Assembly (NCBI GenBank): GCA_019637335.1
Contig: JAHBVV010000001.1
Span: forward strand, 377,440 to 441,439
Length of the DNA stretch: 64,000 bases
Origin: Candidatus Hydrogenedentota bacterium
GTDB lineage: Bacteria > Hydrogenedentota > Hydrogenedentia > Hydrogenedentales > JAEUWI01
Direction of reading: 5' to 3'
The position numbers were made by a program, and so were the translations under genes. The notes beneath the pieces are model-generated. The model worked only from the letters and a program-made list of their open reading frames with translations. It made no database searches and was not told the origin of the DNA. Shown here piece by piece: positions 29,794-41,000 of the stretch; position 1 is the stretch's first letter; every line of letters begins with the position of its first letter.

Positions 29794-32046
29794 ATGAGTT
29801 TCAAGAAACTGTTGCCTTTTCTCGCGGTGCTGGTTGTGCTCCTGCTGCTTGTTCTTATGAAGCGGGGCCTCCAGCGAACGCCTTCCCTGGAGACCCAGGC
29901 GAACCTGCAGCCACTCGTGGCGGCGGATCTGGGCGCGGCGGACATTGCGAAGCTGGAGCTCTACGCCGGGGCCGCGCCGGACGAGAAGGTGGTGTTGGAG
30001 AAGGCGGGCGATGCGTGGGTGGCCCGGAGCCATTTCGGCGCGCCCGTCAATGCGGACACGATCCAGGGGTATCTGGACAAGATCGAGAATCTGCAGGGCG
30101 AGTTCCGCGCCACGGCGCAGGGCGACGCCCAGCTGGCCAGCTATGATCTGAAGGAGGATCAGGCGTTCCGCGTGGTCGCGTACGCGGCGGGGAAGAACGA
30201 GCCCGCCGCGGATCTGCTCTTCGGGAAGGCGCCGAGCCACAGTTCGGTTTTTGTGCGGAAGGCGGGCGACACGACGGTGTATGTTGAGTCGAACAACCTG
30301 CGCCGCGAGGCGGGGCTCTTCGGCGAGGATCTTACGGAGGCCCCCAAGGCGGACAAGTGGCTCGACAAGACCGCGCTGTCGGTGGAGAAGGACACCCTGG
30401 CGAAGGTGAGCATCACGACGCCGGACAAGTCGCTGGTGTTTGAGAAGCGCGTGACGGAGGTTCCGCAGCCGGAACCGGCCGAGGGCGAAGAAGCGCCCGA
30501 AGCGCCCGCGGCGCCCCAGGTGGAAGAGGAATGGATTCTTACGGCCGGCGGCGCGGAGAAGACCTACAAGGACAACGCGCTGCAGGGCGTGTTCAATCGG
30601 CTCGCCTCGCTTACGGCGTCGAATATTGTCGACCCGTCGAAAAAGGCGGAGTGGGGGCTGGAGACGCCGGGCTTCACGCTCGCCGCGGCGCCCGCGGAAG
30701 GTGACGAGATCGTCATCGAGGGGGGGCGTCCCGATCTCGCCGGCGTGGGGTACATCCGCGTGGCCAGCAACGAGCGGGACGTGGTGTATGAGCTGAGCGC
30801 CTACAACTTCGATCAGCTTTTCCCGAAGGGGTCTTCGCTGATGGATCTTCCGAAGTGGGACGTGCCTCAGGAGGAAATTACGGGGATTACCATCGATCAG
30901 CCCGAGGGCCGGATTGTGCTGGCGAAGCAGGGCGAGAAGTGGTCTGTGGTGGAACCCGCTAGCAGCCTGAAGGTGCAGCAGCCGGCGATCGATGGACTCG
31001 TCAGCGCGGTGTCGGCGTGGACGCCCGGCGACTATGCGGACGGGGCCGCGGAAACCGGCGCGTTTAACCGGTCGGTGCAGGTGACGGCGGGCGGTTCCGT
31101 GCGGAGTTTCTCGATCGCGGACGACGCGCGGGGGTCCGAGGGCGTGTATGCGCGCATGGACAGCGACAGCGAGATTTATGTGATGAAGACCGCGGACAAG
31201 TCGAAGGTTTTCCTCAAGCCGCGCGACGTGTTCCAGCTGGCGCTGTTTGACCTGACCGCGGGCGACGTCACGCGGCTCGACGCGCGGGCGGAAGGGCAGG
31301 CCGTTTCGCTGCGCCAGGGCGAGGCGGGCGCGTGGACCATCGAGATGGACGGCGCGACCTTTGAATCGCCCGGTGACGAGGCGGCCAACCTGCTTTCGGT
31401 GCTGCTGGACCTTGAAGCGGCCGACGTGAACTTTGGCGGCGCGCCATCGGGCGTGACGGAAGCGGGGGCCTTCACGATCACCACCCGCAACGGCGCGTCG
31501 CGCCTGCTGGTCTACGGCGAAGAGAACGAAGGCGTACACCCGGTGTCGGTGAGCGGGATGCAGAACACGTTTACGGTCGCCGCCGCCGATCTGGACCGTC
31601 TCCTCACGGCGCTGAACGCGGTGAAGGACGCCCGGGGCGAAGCCGCGCCCGCCGCAGCGCCTGCAGCGGAAGCGCCCGCTACGGAAGCGCCTGTGACGGA
31701 AGCGCCCGCTACGGAAGCGCCTGCGACCGAAGTCCCCGCAGCGGAGGCGCCGGCGGTGGAAGAACCCGCAGCGGAAGCGCCTGTGACTGAAGCGCCTGCT
31801 GCCGAAGTCCCCGCAGCGGAAACGCCTGTGACTGAAGCGCCTGCTGCCGAAGCGCCTGCCACGCAGGAACCCGCAGCCGAAGCGCCCGCAGCGGAAGCGC
31901 CCGCAGTGGAGGCCCCCGCAGTGGAGGCCCCCGCAGCGGAAGCGCCTGCCGCCGAAGCGCCTGCCGCCGAAGCGCCTGCCGCCGAAGCGCCGGCGGTGGA
32001 AGAACCCGCGGCGGACGCATCAACACCGGAGACGCCGGCGGAGTAA
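29794..32046 (+). CDS. DUF4340-like periplasmic protein with an N-terminal TM anchor and a C-terminal E-A-P-A-T pentapeptide tandem array
   Basis: TM helix LLPFLAVLVVLLLLVLM. The gene follows the GldG-like gene, as DUF4340 proteins typically do. About 27 units of a 15-nt repeat encode EAPAT, EAPVT or EAPAA at 31630-32040. Confidence 0.55.
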   Translation: MSFKKLLPFLAVLVVLLLLVLMKRGLQRTPSLETQANLQPLVAADLGAADIAKLELYAGAAPDEKVVLEKAGDAWVARSHFGAPVNADTIQGYLDKIENLQGEFRATAQGDAQLASYDLKEDQAFRVVAYAAGKNEPAADLLFGKAPSHSSVFVRKAGDTTVYVESNNLRREAGLFGEDLTEAPKADKWLDKTALSVEKDTLAKVSITTPDKSLVFEKRVTEVPQPEPAEGEEAPEAPAAPQVEEEWILTAGGAEKTYKDNALQGVFNRLASLTASNIVDPSKKAEWGLETPGFTLAAAPAEGDEIVIEGGRPDLAGVGYIRVASNERDVVYELSAYNFDQLFPKGSSLMDLPKWDVPQEEITGITIDQPEGRIVLAKQGEKWSVVEPASSLKVQQPAIDGLVSAVSAWTPGDYADGAAETGAFNRSVQVTAGGSVRSFSIADDARGSEGVYARMDSDSEIYVMKTADKSKVFLKPRDVFQLALFDLTAGDVTRLDARAEGQAVSLRQGEAGAWTIEMDGATFESPGDEAANLLSVLLDLEAADVNFGGAPSGVTEAGAFTITTRNGASRLLVYGEENEGVHPVSVSGMQNTFTVAAADLDRLLTALNAVKDARGEAAPAAAPAAEAPATEAPVTEAPATEAPATEVPAAEAPAVEEPAAEAPVTEAPAAEVPAAETPVTEAPAAEAPATQEPAAEAPAAEAPAVEAPAVEAPAAEAPAAEAPAAEAPAAEAPAVEEPAADASTPETPAE
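31630..32040 (+). repeat. In-frame 15-nt tandem repeat array (gaagcgcctgc[ct]gcc variants) inside the DUF4340-like CDS
   Basis: Direct read; near-identical units encode a PAxEA-type low-complexity tail. Confidence 0.85.
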
Positions 32047-32056
32047 TCCTTACGCC

Positions 32057-33157
32057 ATGCGCGCCTTTTGCTTCACACCCATCCTCCTTCTTGGCGCGGC
32101 CCTGGCCACCCCCGTGGTGGCCGGGGCTGACGCCGTTTCCAGCAGCCGCCGCACGGCGATCGTCACGGCGATCGAGAAGGTTTCGCCGGCGGTTGTCACG
32201 CTCAATGTCGTCGCGTATGAGCGCGAGCGCGTGATAGACCGCGACTTCTGGGGCCTCTTCGGGCCACGCTTCTTCACCCGGAGCCGTCCGGTGGAGGGCA
32301 TCGGCACCGGGTTCATCTTCGACCCGCGCGGCTACATCCTCACCAACTACCACGTCATCCAGGGGGCCGACGCGATCACGTCCGTTTCCCTGCCGGGCGG
32401 GCGCCAGCTCGAAGTCGAGTTTATCGGGGCCGACGAGCGCGCCGACCTGGCGGTCCTCAAGGCGAGCGGGGATCGGCTGCCCCACGTGAAGCTGGGGACC
32501 TCCAAGGATTTGATGATTGGCGAGTGGGTCATCGCGATCGGCAATCCCTTCGGGACCATGATGGCCGATCAGCAGCCCAGTGTGAGCGTGGGGGTGATCT
32601 CGGCGAACCACCGGCGCGTCAGCCGCAGCGTCGGCGGCGGGGAGCGCCTCTACCAGGACCTCATCCAGACCGACGCCGCCATCAACCCCGGCAACAGCGG
32701 CGGTCCGCTGGTGAACGCGGCCGGCGACGTGGTCGGCGTGAACACCATGATTTTCTCCAGCAGCGGCGGCCACCAGGGGCTCGGCTTCGCCATTCCGGCT
32801 GATCGGGCGCGCCGCGTCGCCGAGGAACTGATTGAGTTCGGGCGGCGCCGGAACCCGTGGATCGGCATCCACGGCGAGGCGGTGGCCGATCTTTCGCCGC
32901 CGGCAATCCGGCAGTTCGGTCTGAAGGCCACCCGCGGGGTGCTCGTCACGGAGATCTACCGCAACGCCCCCGCCTTTCGGGCCGGGCTCGAACTCGGCGA
33001 CGTCATCCAGAAGATGAACGGCATCCCGGTGGCGCATCCGTCGGAGATGGACTTCATCAACTGGGACCTCTTCATCGGCGACGACGTGACGCTGGAGGTT
33101 GATCGCTACGGCGCGCCCCGGACGATACGTTTCAAGGTGGAAGAGCTGGACCGGTGA
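32057..33157 (+). CDS. HtrA/DegP-family periplasmic serine protease (S1C) with one PDZ domain
   Basis: Catalytic triad context with NYHVI, DLAVLK and GNSGGPLVN. C-terminal PDZ domain at LGDVIQKMNGIPV. Signal peptide present. Confidence 0.85.
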   Translation: MRAFCFTPILLLGAALATPVVAGADAVSSSRRTAIVTAIEKVSPAVVTLNVVAYERERVIDRDFWGLFGPRFFTRSRPVEGIGTGFIFDPRGYILTNYHVIQGADAITSVSLPGGRQLEVEFIGADERADLAVLKASGDRLPHVKLGTSKDLMIGEWVIAIGNPFGTMMADQQPSVSVGVISANHRRVSRSVGGGERLYQDLIQTDAAINPGNSGGPLVNAAGDVVGVNTMIFSSSGGHQGLGFAIPADRARRVAEELIEFGRRRNPWIGIHGEAVADLSPPAIRQFGLKATRGVLVTEIYRNAPAFRAGLELGDVIQKMNGIPVAHPSEMDFINWDLFIGDDVTLEVDRYGAPRTIRFKVEELDR

Positions 33158-33164
33158 TTGCGGG

Positions 33165-34360
33165 GTCACACGGTTATTTCACCGGCGCAGCGATCGCATG
33201 ACGTCTTGCGCTCCTTGTGCCGCGAGCAGGAATGAGTGAAAGTCCGCAGGGCAGCCTTGGTCCGCAAGCAAAGAAATGATCACCACGAAGGGCACGAAGG
33301 CCACGAAGGAAAGAAGTTGACGAAGGATTGATACGCACGCGAAGGCGCAAAGGAGATGATCGGGGGCGCGACGCGCGGTCAGGGCGGGCGGGGGACTGGA
33401 TTTGGAGCCACAAAGAGCGCAAAGAACACAAAGTACACGGGAGCGCCTCTGGGCGGAACCAAGGAATTGATCAGCGCAAGGGCACGAGGGATACGAAGAG
33501 GAAGAGAGACGAAGCTTTGACCGCAGAGACCGCAGAGACCGCAGAGACCGCAGAGACCGCATAGGGTGATTTCTTGTACGCAGATGGATTGGGTGGATGA
33601 TCGAGAGAGTGCATTCTTAACCACGAATAAACACCAATGCACACGAATGCATCGGGAGAAGCGGCTGGCCGCGATCAGGATTTTTGACCACGGATTACAC
33701 GGATTACACGGATAGAGAATGATTTCGGTCGTTGGGGTGTGCAGGCGGCTGCGTGTTGCTTCCAAGGTGGCCTGTTCGGATTGTTCAGCATCGGAATTGT
33801 AGCGGGGTTTATCGGGTGGGCGGGGGATTGGATTTGGAGCCACAAAGAGCGCAAAGAACACAAAGAACACGAGAGCGCCTCTGGGCGGAACCAGGGAATT
33901 GATCAGCGCAAGGGCGCGAGGGATAAGAAGAGGACGAGAGACGAAGCTTTGACCGCAGAGAACGCAGAGAGCGCATAGGGTGATTTCTGGTACGCAGATG
34001 GATTGGGCGGATGATCGAGAGAGTGCATTCTTAACCACGAATGGACACCAATGCACACAAATGCGCCCGGAGAAGCGGCTGGCCGCGATCAGGATTTTTG
34101 ACCACGGATTACACGGATTACACGGATAGAAAATGATTCCGGTCGTTGGGGTGTGCAGGCGGCTGCGTGCTGATTCCAAGGTGGCCTGTTCGGATTGTTC
34201 CGTATCGGAATTGTAGCGGGGTTAATCGGGTGGGCGGGGGATTGGATTTGGAGCCACAAAGAGCGCAAAGAACACGAAGAATACGGGAGCGCCTCTGGGC
34301 GGAACCAAGGAATTGATCAGCGCAAGGGCACAGGGCGGCCGTTGGCCGGAACCAAACAAA
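33165..34360. repeat. Modular word-repeat element, locus 3, with three copies of a ~300-bp unit
   Basis: Units at about 33400-33720, 33830-34110 and 34240-34340 share gggggattggatttggagccacaaagagcgcaaagaaca...gaattgatcagcgcaagggc. A tandem ccgcagaga x4 lies at 33520-33560. Confidence 0.75.
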
Positions 34361-35097
34361 GTTGAACCGCGAATTAACGCGAAAGGACACGAATGAAGAA
34401 AGGATGGTCTCGCTTTGGGAATTCGCGGCGGTATTCACGGCATCAATGGGCCGTTCGAACCCGGCGCTCACGCTGTCTCGGGCTGGAAGCCCAAGCCACG
34501 TTGGCGCGGGTGGAACGATTTGGGTTGTTTGTGGCGGCGCGACGGCTGTGTCGAAAATGGGCCGGAGCATTGTGTGGCGTGGGTTGGGTTGGGGCTTGAC
34601 GTGTGTGGAATCCGGGGTTGCGACAGGGGGAGTATGGGCTTTTGGGAACCTGGGGTTGATTTGCCGCAGACAGGAATGTCCGCGATCCTCGCCTGCGGCG
34701 CTTGGACAGCCGGGACGCCTATCCTACATTTGCGCCTGGCGGCGCTGAACACAGCCGGGACGGCTGTGCCACTTTCTTTTCGAGGTGGTTTTGGTGGGGT
34801 CAGGGGGAACTTTTTGGAGGCGGGCTCACTTTGCCGCAGACAGGAATGTCCGCGATCCATTGCGCCTGCGGCGCTTGGACAGCCGAGGCATGCATTCACA
34901 ACGGGGGGGCTCATTCCACTCGGGTGTTATGTTTTTTCAGAGGCGCCTATGCGGCTTTTCGCGCGCAGTAACCGTAAAGCCGTAAAAAATCAACGGAATA
35001 AATTTGTACTTGCATAATTATTCAATCTGCGCTACCATGGATTAACGAACAGTCAGGGCTGCGGCATTACAACGGGCGAGCGGGTATCGCCCCGGCT

Positions 35098-38000
35098 ATG
35101 GGAGGCAACATGGCCAGTGTACATTTTTCTCCGCGCGCGCTTGTGGCGCGCGCCCTTTACCTCGGGGTTCTGGGCCTATGTGGCGCGATCCAGCCGGCGC
35201 AGGGGGCGGTGTTTTTCGTGAATTCGTTTGGGGACGAGGGGGATGCGGTGCCGGGGGACGGCGTGGCCGAGACCATGCCCGGGACGGGGATTACAACGCT
35301 GCGCGCTGCGATCGAGGAAGCGAACGCCTTTCCGGGGCCCGACACGATCCGCTGGTCCCTGGTGTATAATCAGACTTGTAGAGATTGTCCAACTCACTGC
35401 GTAATCTCGATTAATGTGACCCGGCCCTTGCCGCCCCTCGCCGACCCGACGGGCGGCACGACCATCGAGGGATTCTCGGGCCACTTGATTGGCACGACTA
35501 TGGATCCGTCGCTCGGGGAGCCCGGGTTCAATGCCGCGCTGGTTATCCAGAGCGCCAACAACGTGGTCAGCGGAGTCCGCTTCCGAGACTTTCCTCAGGA
35601 TGGTATTGTGATTTCCGGCCCCAATGCGACGGGAAATCTAATTCAAGGTGTCACGATCGGGAAGGATGCTTGCACCCTGGTAACCGGCGTGCGCCGCCAT
35701 GGAATTGTCATCGAGAACGGCGCCTCTGGCAACGTAATCCGCGGCGTAAACGTGGTCCGCTCCGGCGGCTATGGGATTGTCATGACCGGCGAGGGGACGG
35801 AGGGCAATACCGTCGTTAGCAGCCATTTGGGCCAGGATCCGGAAGCCAATCTTCCTGTTTGCGGAATCATTCCGGACGACATTGAAGGGTCCTATGTCCC
35901 GATCGTGCCAAATCATGATCCGTGCGACTGGGATCACATGAACGCCTGGCATTTGAAGTATGTCACTTCGAGTCATAAGCCCAATACCCTGGGTAACATT
36001 CTGATCGAGGCGGGCGCGTCCAACAACACGATTGGGGGGGCGGGCCGGGAGAACCGCAATTATTTTGGCGGGGCGATCTGGACCTCCAGGCATACCCTCA
36101 ACGACCCGTTCGAATTCTGTGATCGGGATCTGCTGAGCGACCGCCCGTTACCGGCTTCGGGCCAGACGCCGGGGGAGACGCCGCTGTTTTCGAACGGGGA
36201 CGATACGGGGATCACGATACAGGGTGCGGGTACGAGCGGTAACCGGGTGATCAACAGCGACATCGGCTACCGGAATGTTCCGGTGCTCGATCGGGTAATA
36301 GATGGCGATTTTAACGGCTTTCACCTGTATCCGGGGCGCGATATGAACGGCAATGGCCGCTTCAGCATCTGGATCCGGGATGGTGCCACCGGCAATATTA
36401 TCGGGGATCCGGAGGACCCGGAATTGGGCAACCGGATCAGTTTCAGCTACCGGGACGCGATCCGGATTGAAGGGGAGAACACCCGCTTCAACGGGGTGTA
36501 CAACAACTTCATTTCGGCGGAGGATCACGGGGTCAACATACTGAACGGGGCGAAGGAGAACCATATCGGCGGCCCGGGCGCGGAGAACCATATCCGGGCG
36601 CGCGATTTCGGTGTTGTGCTTCAGGGCGCGGGCACCGAGAACAATATCGTGCAGGGGAATCGATTCGACTCGAATGGCTTCTCGGGCATGGCGGTGTTTG
36701 GGGGCGCGAGCAACAACCTGATCGGCGGCGCCGGGCCGGGCGAGGGGAACCGCTTCATACTCAATTGCAGCGATGGGGTGGTGCTGTATGAGGCGGATAC
36801 CCGCGAGAACAGGATCTTCGGCAACGAAATCAGCCGCAGCGGGGAGATCGGCGTATTTGTCGTCGGGGGCGCGTCGGACAACTTCATCGGGGGTCCGGAG
36901 CCGGGCCAGGGCAACGATATTCACAGTAATTTTGTCACGGGCGTGGAAATCCATGACGTTTCCAGCACGAACAACCGGATTCTGGGGAACGACATTCACA
37001 ATAACGAGACGCGGGGCGTGTTCATGGTGGACGGGACGTCCGGGAATATTGTGGGGGGGGAGAGCCTGCCGGAGCGGAACCGCATTTTCGAGAACGGGCG
37101 GGCGGGCATCGAGATCAACGGCGCGGCGACGGAGCGCAACCAGATCCGGATCAATTCCATATTTAACAACGACGAGAAGGGTATATTGCTTTCCTTTGGT
37201 GCGAACCAGGGCATTACCCCGCCGGTGATCGATCGATTTATTCCCTTTTCCGGGAGCGCGGCGCCGAACAGCCTGGTGGACATTTTTGCGGACGACGCGG
37301 AAGAGGGCCGGGACTATATTGGGGGGACGATGGCGGACGCGGAGGGCAGCTACACGATAGCCCTGGATCTGCTTCCGTATTTGAACCGGAACCTGACGAC
37401 CACGGCCACGGACGTGGACGGCAACACGTCGGAGTTCAGCTTGCCGATCAGCATCATCCCGCCTGTTTTCACGGACGAGCCGGGCGATGTGGTGATTGTT
37501 GAGGGGGACGATCTTCTGCTTCCGATGGTGGTGGAGGGGGCGCCCGAGATTGCCTTATCGTGGCGTTTCCGCGCGCCGGGCGGCGGCTACGAGCCGGTTA
37601 TCGCGAACGATTTTTTCAGCGGCGTCGACACGGAGGCGCTGCTGCTGGAGAACGGGCAGTTCGGCCACGAAGGACACTACCAGTGCATTGCGGACAACGG
37701 GCTGGGCGAGGTCTTTTCCCGCGAGGTTTATGTGCGCGTGGTTGTCGCCACGTTGGATACGCTGGACGTCAATACGCTGAATGACGTGGCCGACGGCAAT
37801 ACGTCCTCTATAGCGCGTTTGCTTGCATCGCCGGGCGAGGACGGCCTGGTTTCACTGCGTGAGGCGATCCTGGCGGCGAACTCGATGCCGGGGCGGAACA
37901 CGGTGCGCTTCGGTGTGGAGGGAGCGATCCAGTTGGAAACGCCCCTGCCCGCCATTGGGGATGGCTCCGGCGGCCTCGTTCTCGACGGCGGCGGCACGGT

Positions 38001-41000
38001 TGCGCTGGACGGCGGCCTGCTGGAAGGTTCGGGATCCGGCCTTACGATCGAGAGTGCGGAGAATACCATTCGGAATCTATCGATTTACGGCTTCCCCGAG
38101 CACGGTATTCTGATCGAGGGGCCGAACGCCTTCGACAACGCGGTCGTGGCGTGCCGCATCGGCAATGATGGGGCCGAGCCTCTGCCCAACCGGGGCCACG
38201 GCATCGCGCTGTCGGGCGGCGCGCGCGACAACGCAATCGGCGGGGCACACCGTAACGCGGCCAACCTTATCGCGGGCAACGCGAACGCGGGGGTCGCCAT
38301 TTCCGGGGCGGGGACGACGGGCAACCGTGTGATCGGGAATACGATTGGCGAGCCCGGCGACGGCACGCTCGGGGGCGGCAACGGCATCGCCGGGGTGTAT
38401 GTATTTGAGCGCGCCTCGGAGAACTGGATCGGCGGCGGGCTGCCCGAAGAGGGCAACCACATCGGGGGGAACACCGGAATCGGCGTCTATGTCGCCGGCG
38501 TGGGGACGTCGGGCAACACGATCCGCAACAATTCGATACACGACAATGGGGATCTGGGGATCCGCCTTTTTGAGGGGGGCAACGACATGATCGCGCGCCC
38601 AGCCATTACGGGCATCGATCCGATCGTTGGAACCGCGCCGCCTGGCTGCACGGTCGATTTCTACTCCGATCTTGAGGACGAAGGCCGGACCCCGTTGTTT
38701 TCCATCGTTGCCGGGGAGGGGGGCACATTTGAAGCGCCCGCCGACCTGACGAATCAGGAGGGCACGTATCTCACGGCGACGGCGACGGACGCCAGCGGGA
38801 ACACCTCGGCATTCAGCGCGCCGGTCCCGATTGATTTTACGCCGCCGGTACTTGCCCTGAACGGCCCGGATCGCGACACGCAGGAGTGCGGAACGCCCCA
38901 CACCGACCCCGGCGTTACCGCGACGGACAATTTCGATGGCGACCTCGGGAGCGCGGTAGTGGTGGAGATTACCGATGGCGCGGGCGCGCCCGTTGAGACG
39001 CTGTCGGAGGCCGCGCCCGGCGAATACACCGTTCGCTATACGGTCTCGGACCGCGCCGGGCTTGCCGCGACGCCGGTGAGCCGCCGCGTGCGCGTTGAGG
39101 ACACGATCCCGCCCGTTGTGGCGATGAATGGCCCGGATGTTATCGAGGTGGCGTGCACCGGCGTTTGGGAGGATCCGGGGGCGACCGCGACCGACAGTTG
39201 CGGCGCCGCGGAATGGACTGTTTCGGGCTCCGTCGACACGAACACGCCGGGTTCGTACGAGTTGATCTATCGCGCGACGGACGAGGCGGGGAATGTTTCG
39301 GAGCCGGCCGTCCGCACGGTTGTGGTGACGGATTCGACCAGCCCGGTCATCACACTGATTGGCGAGGCCACGTTGGACGCAGAATGTGGCGCGCCCTGGG
39401 ACGATCCGGGCGCAGTCGCCGTTGATGATTGTGGCGGCGAGATCACCGTGCGCCGAAGCGGCTCCGTGAACACCAGCCGCCCGGGCGTCTATACGCTGAC
39501 GTACAATGCGACGGACCTTTCTGGCAATGCGGCGGAGGCGGTGACGCGCACGGTGACGGTGGCGGATCGCACACCGCCGGCGCTTGTGCTCAACGGGGAC
39601 GCGGAGGTGACGATTACCTGCGGAGCGGGGTACGCGGAGCGGGGCGCGACGCTGACCGACGCCTGCGAACCGGGGACGGAAGTGCGGGTTTCGGGCGACC
39701 TGAACCCGAACGTGGCCGGCGTCTATACGATTTTCTATGACGCGACCGACGCGGCGGGGAACGCGGCGGAAACGATCATTCGGACGGTGACGGTGATCGG
39801 GGCGCGCGCCCCGGAGATCTTCCTTACCGGGGAGGCGCGGGTGATTATCCCCTGCGAGGCGCCCTACGCCGATGCCGGGGCGCGCGCCTATGACGGGTGC
39901 GACACCGACATCACCGCCTCCATCGAGGTGGATGGCCTGGTGTATACCACGGCGCCCGGCGAGTACACGTTGACCTATCGCGTGCGCGATGGCGCGGGCG
40001 TTCCGGCCGAGCCGGTTTCTCGGACGGTGACGGTGCTGCCTTGCGTGGAGCCGTGCGACGCGCAGTGCAACGGCGATCCCGACGACGCTATCGACGAAGA
40101 CGGCGACGGGCTTTCGCGCTGCCGCGAGGCCTGCATCGGGACGAGCGACCGAAACCCGGACTCGGACGGCGACGGGATGCCCGATGGCTTCGAATACCGC
40201 TACCGGCTCGACCCGGGACGGGACGACAGCGGGCAGGACCCGGACGCCGACGGATCGACCAATATCGAGGAGTTCCTCGAAGGCGGTTCCCCGCGCGATC
40301 CCGCGTCACCGCGGCGGATCTATTTCGTAAGCCCCGGCGGATCCGATCGGGCGGAGGCGGGTACACGGGCCAATCCCTGGAAAACGGTGGCGTACGCCAT
40401 AGGCCGGGTGAGCCCCAGCGCGGATCGCCCCGTGCGAATCTTCCTGGAGGCTGGCGTGTACGAAGAGCGCGTGACCGTTAAGCCGCACACCGAGCTGCGC
40501 AGCAACCCGGGCGCATCGGTGGAAATAGTCGGCTCCGTTGTGCTCCGGGAGGCATCCGCGTTGCAGGGTATCACGTTGTCGTCACTGGAATCCGACGCCG
40601 GGATAGTGTTTGTCGAGGGGACGGGCGCCGCCGTGCGCGACAGCGTGATTTCGGGCGAACGGGCCCCGGGCCAGGCCGGCGTTGTGATTGAGGCGGGGGC
40701 GGGTGCGGAGAGCGAGATCGAGGGTGTTTTGTTCGATGGCCTGGATACGGGCATTGATGTGTTCGGAACGCTGCCCGCCGTGCGCCACTGCCGCTTCACC
40801 AATATCGCCACCGCCGCGATCAGGATTCGGGCCGGGGCCGGGCTGCCGCGCACCGGGGCCGCGATGGGGCAGGGCCTGAACGGCTGGAACGAATTCGGCG
40901 TGACCGGCGGCGGCCTTGCAATCCAGAACGAGACGGGGACCGTTGTCTCCGCCCAGTGGAACGATTGGGGCACAACCAGCGCGAGCGGTCGGCAGGCGCT

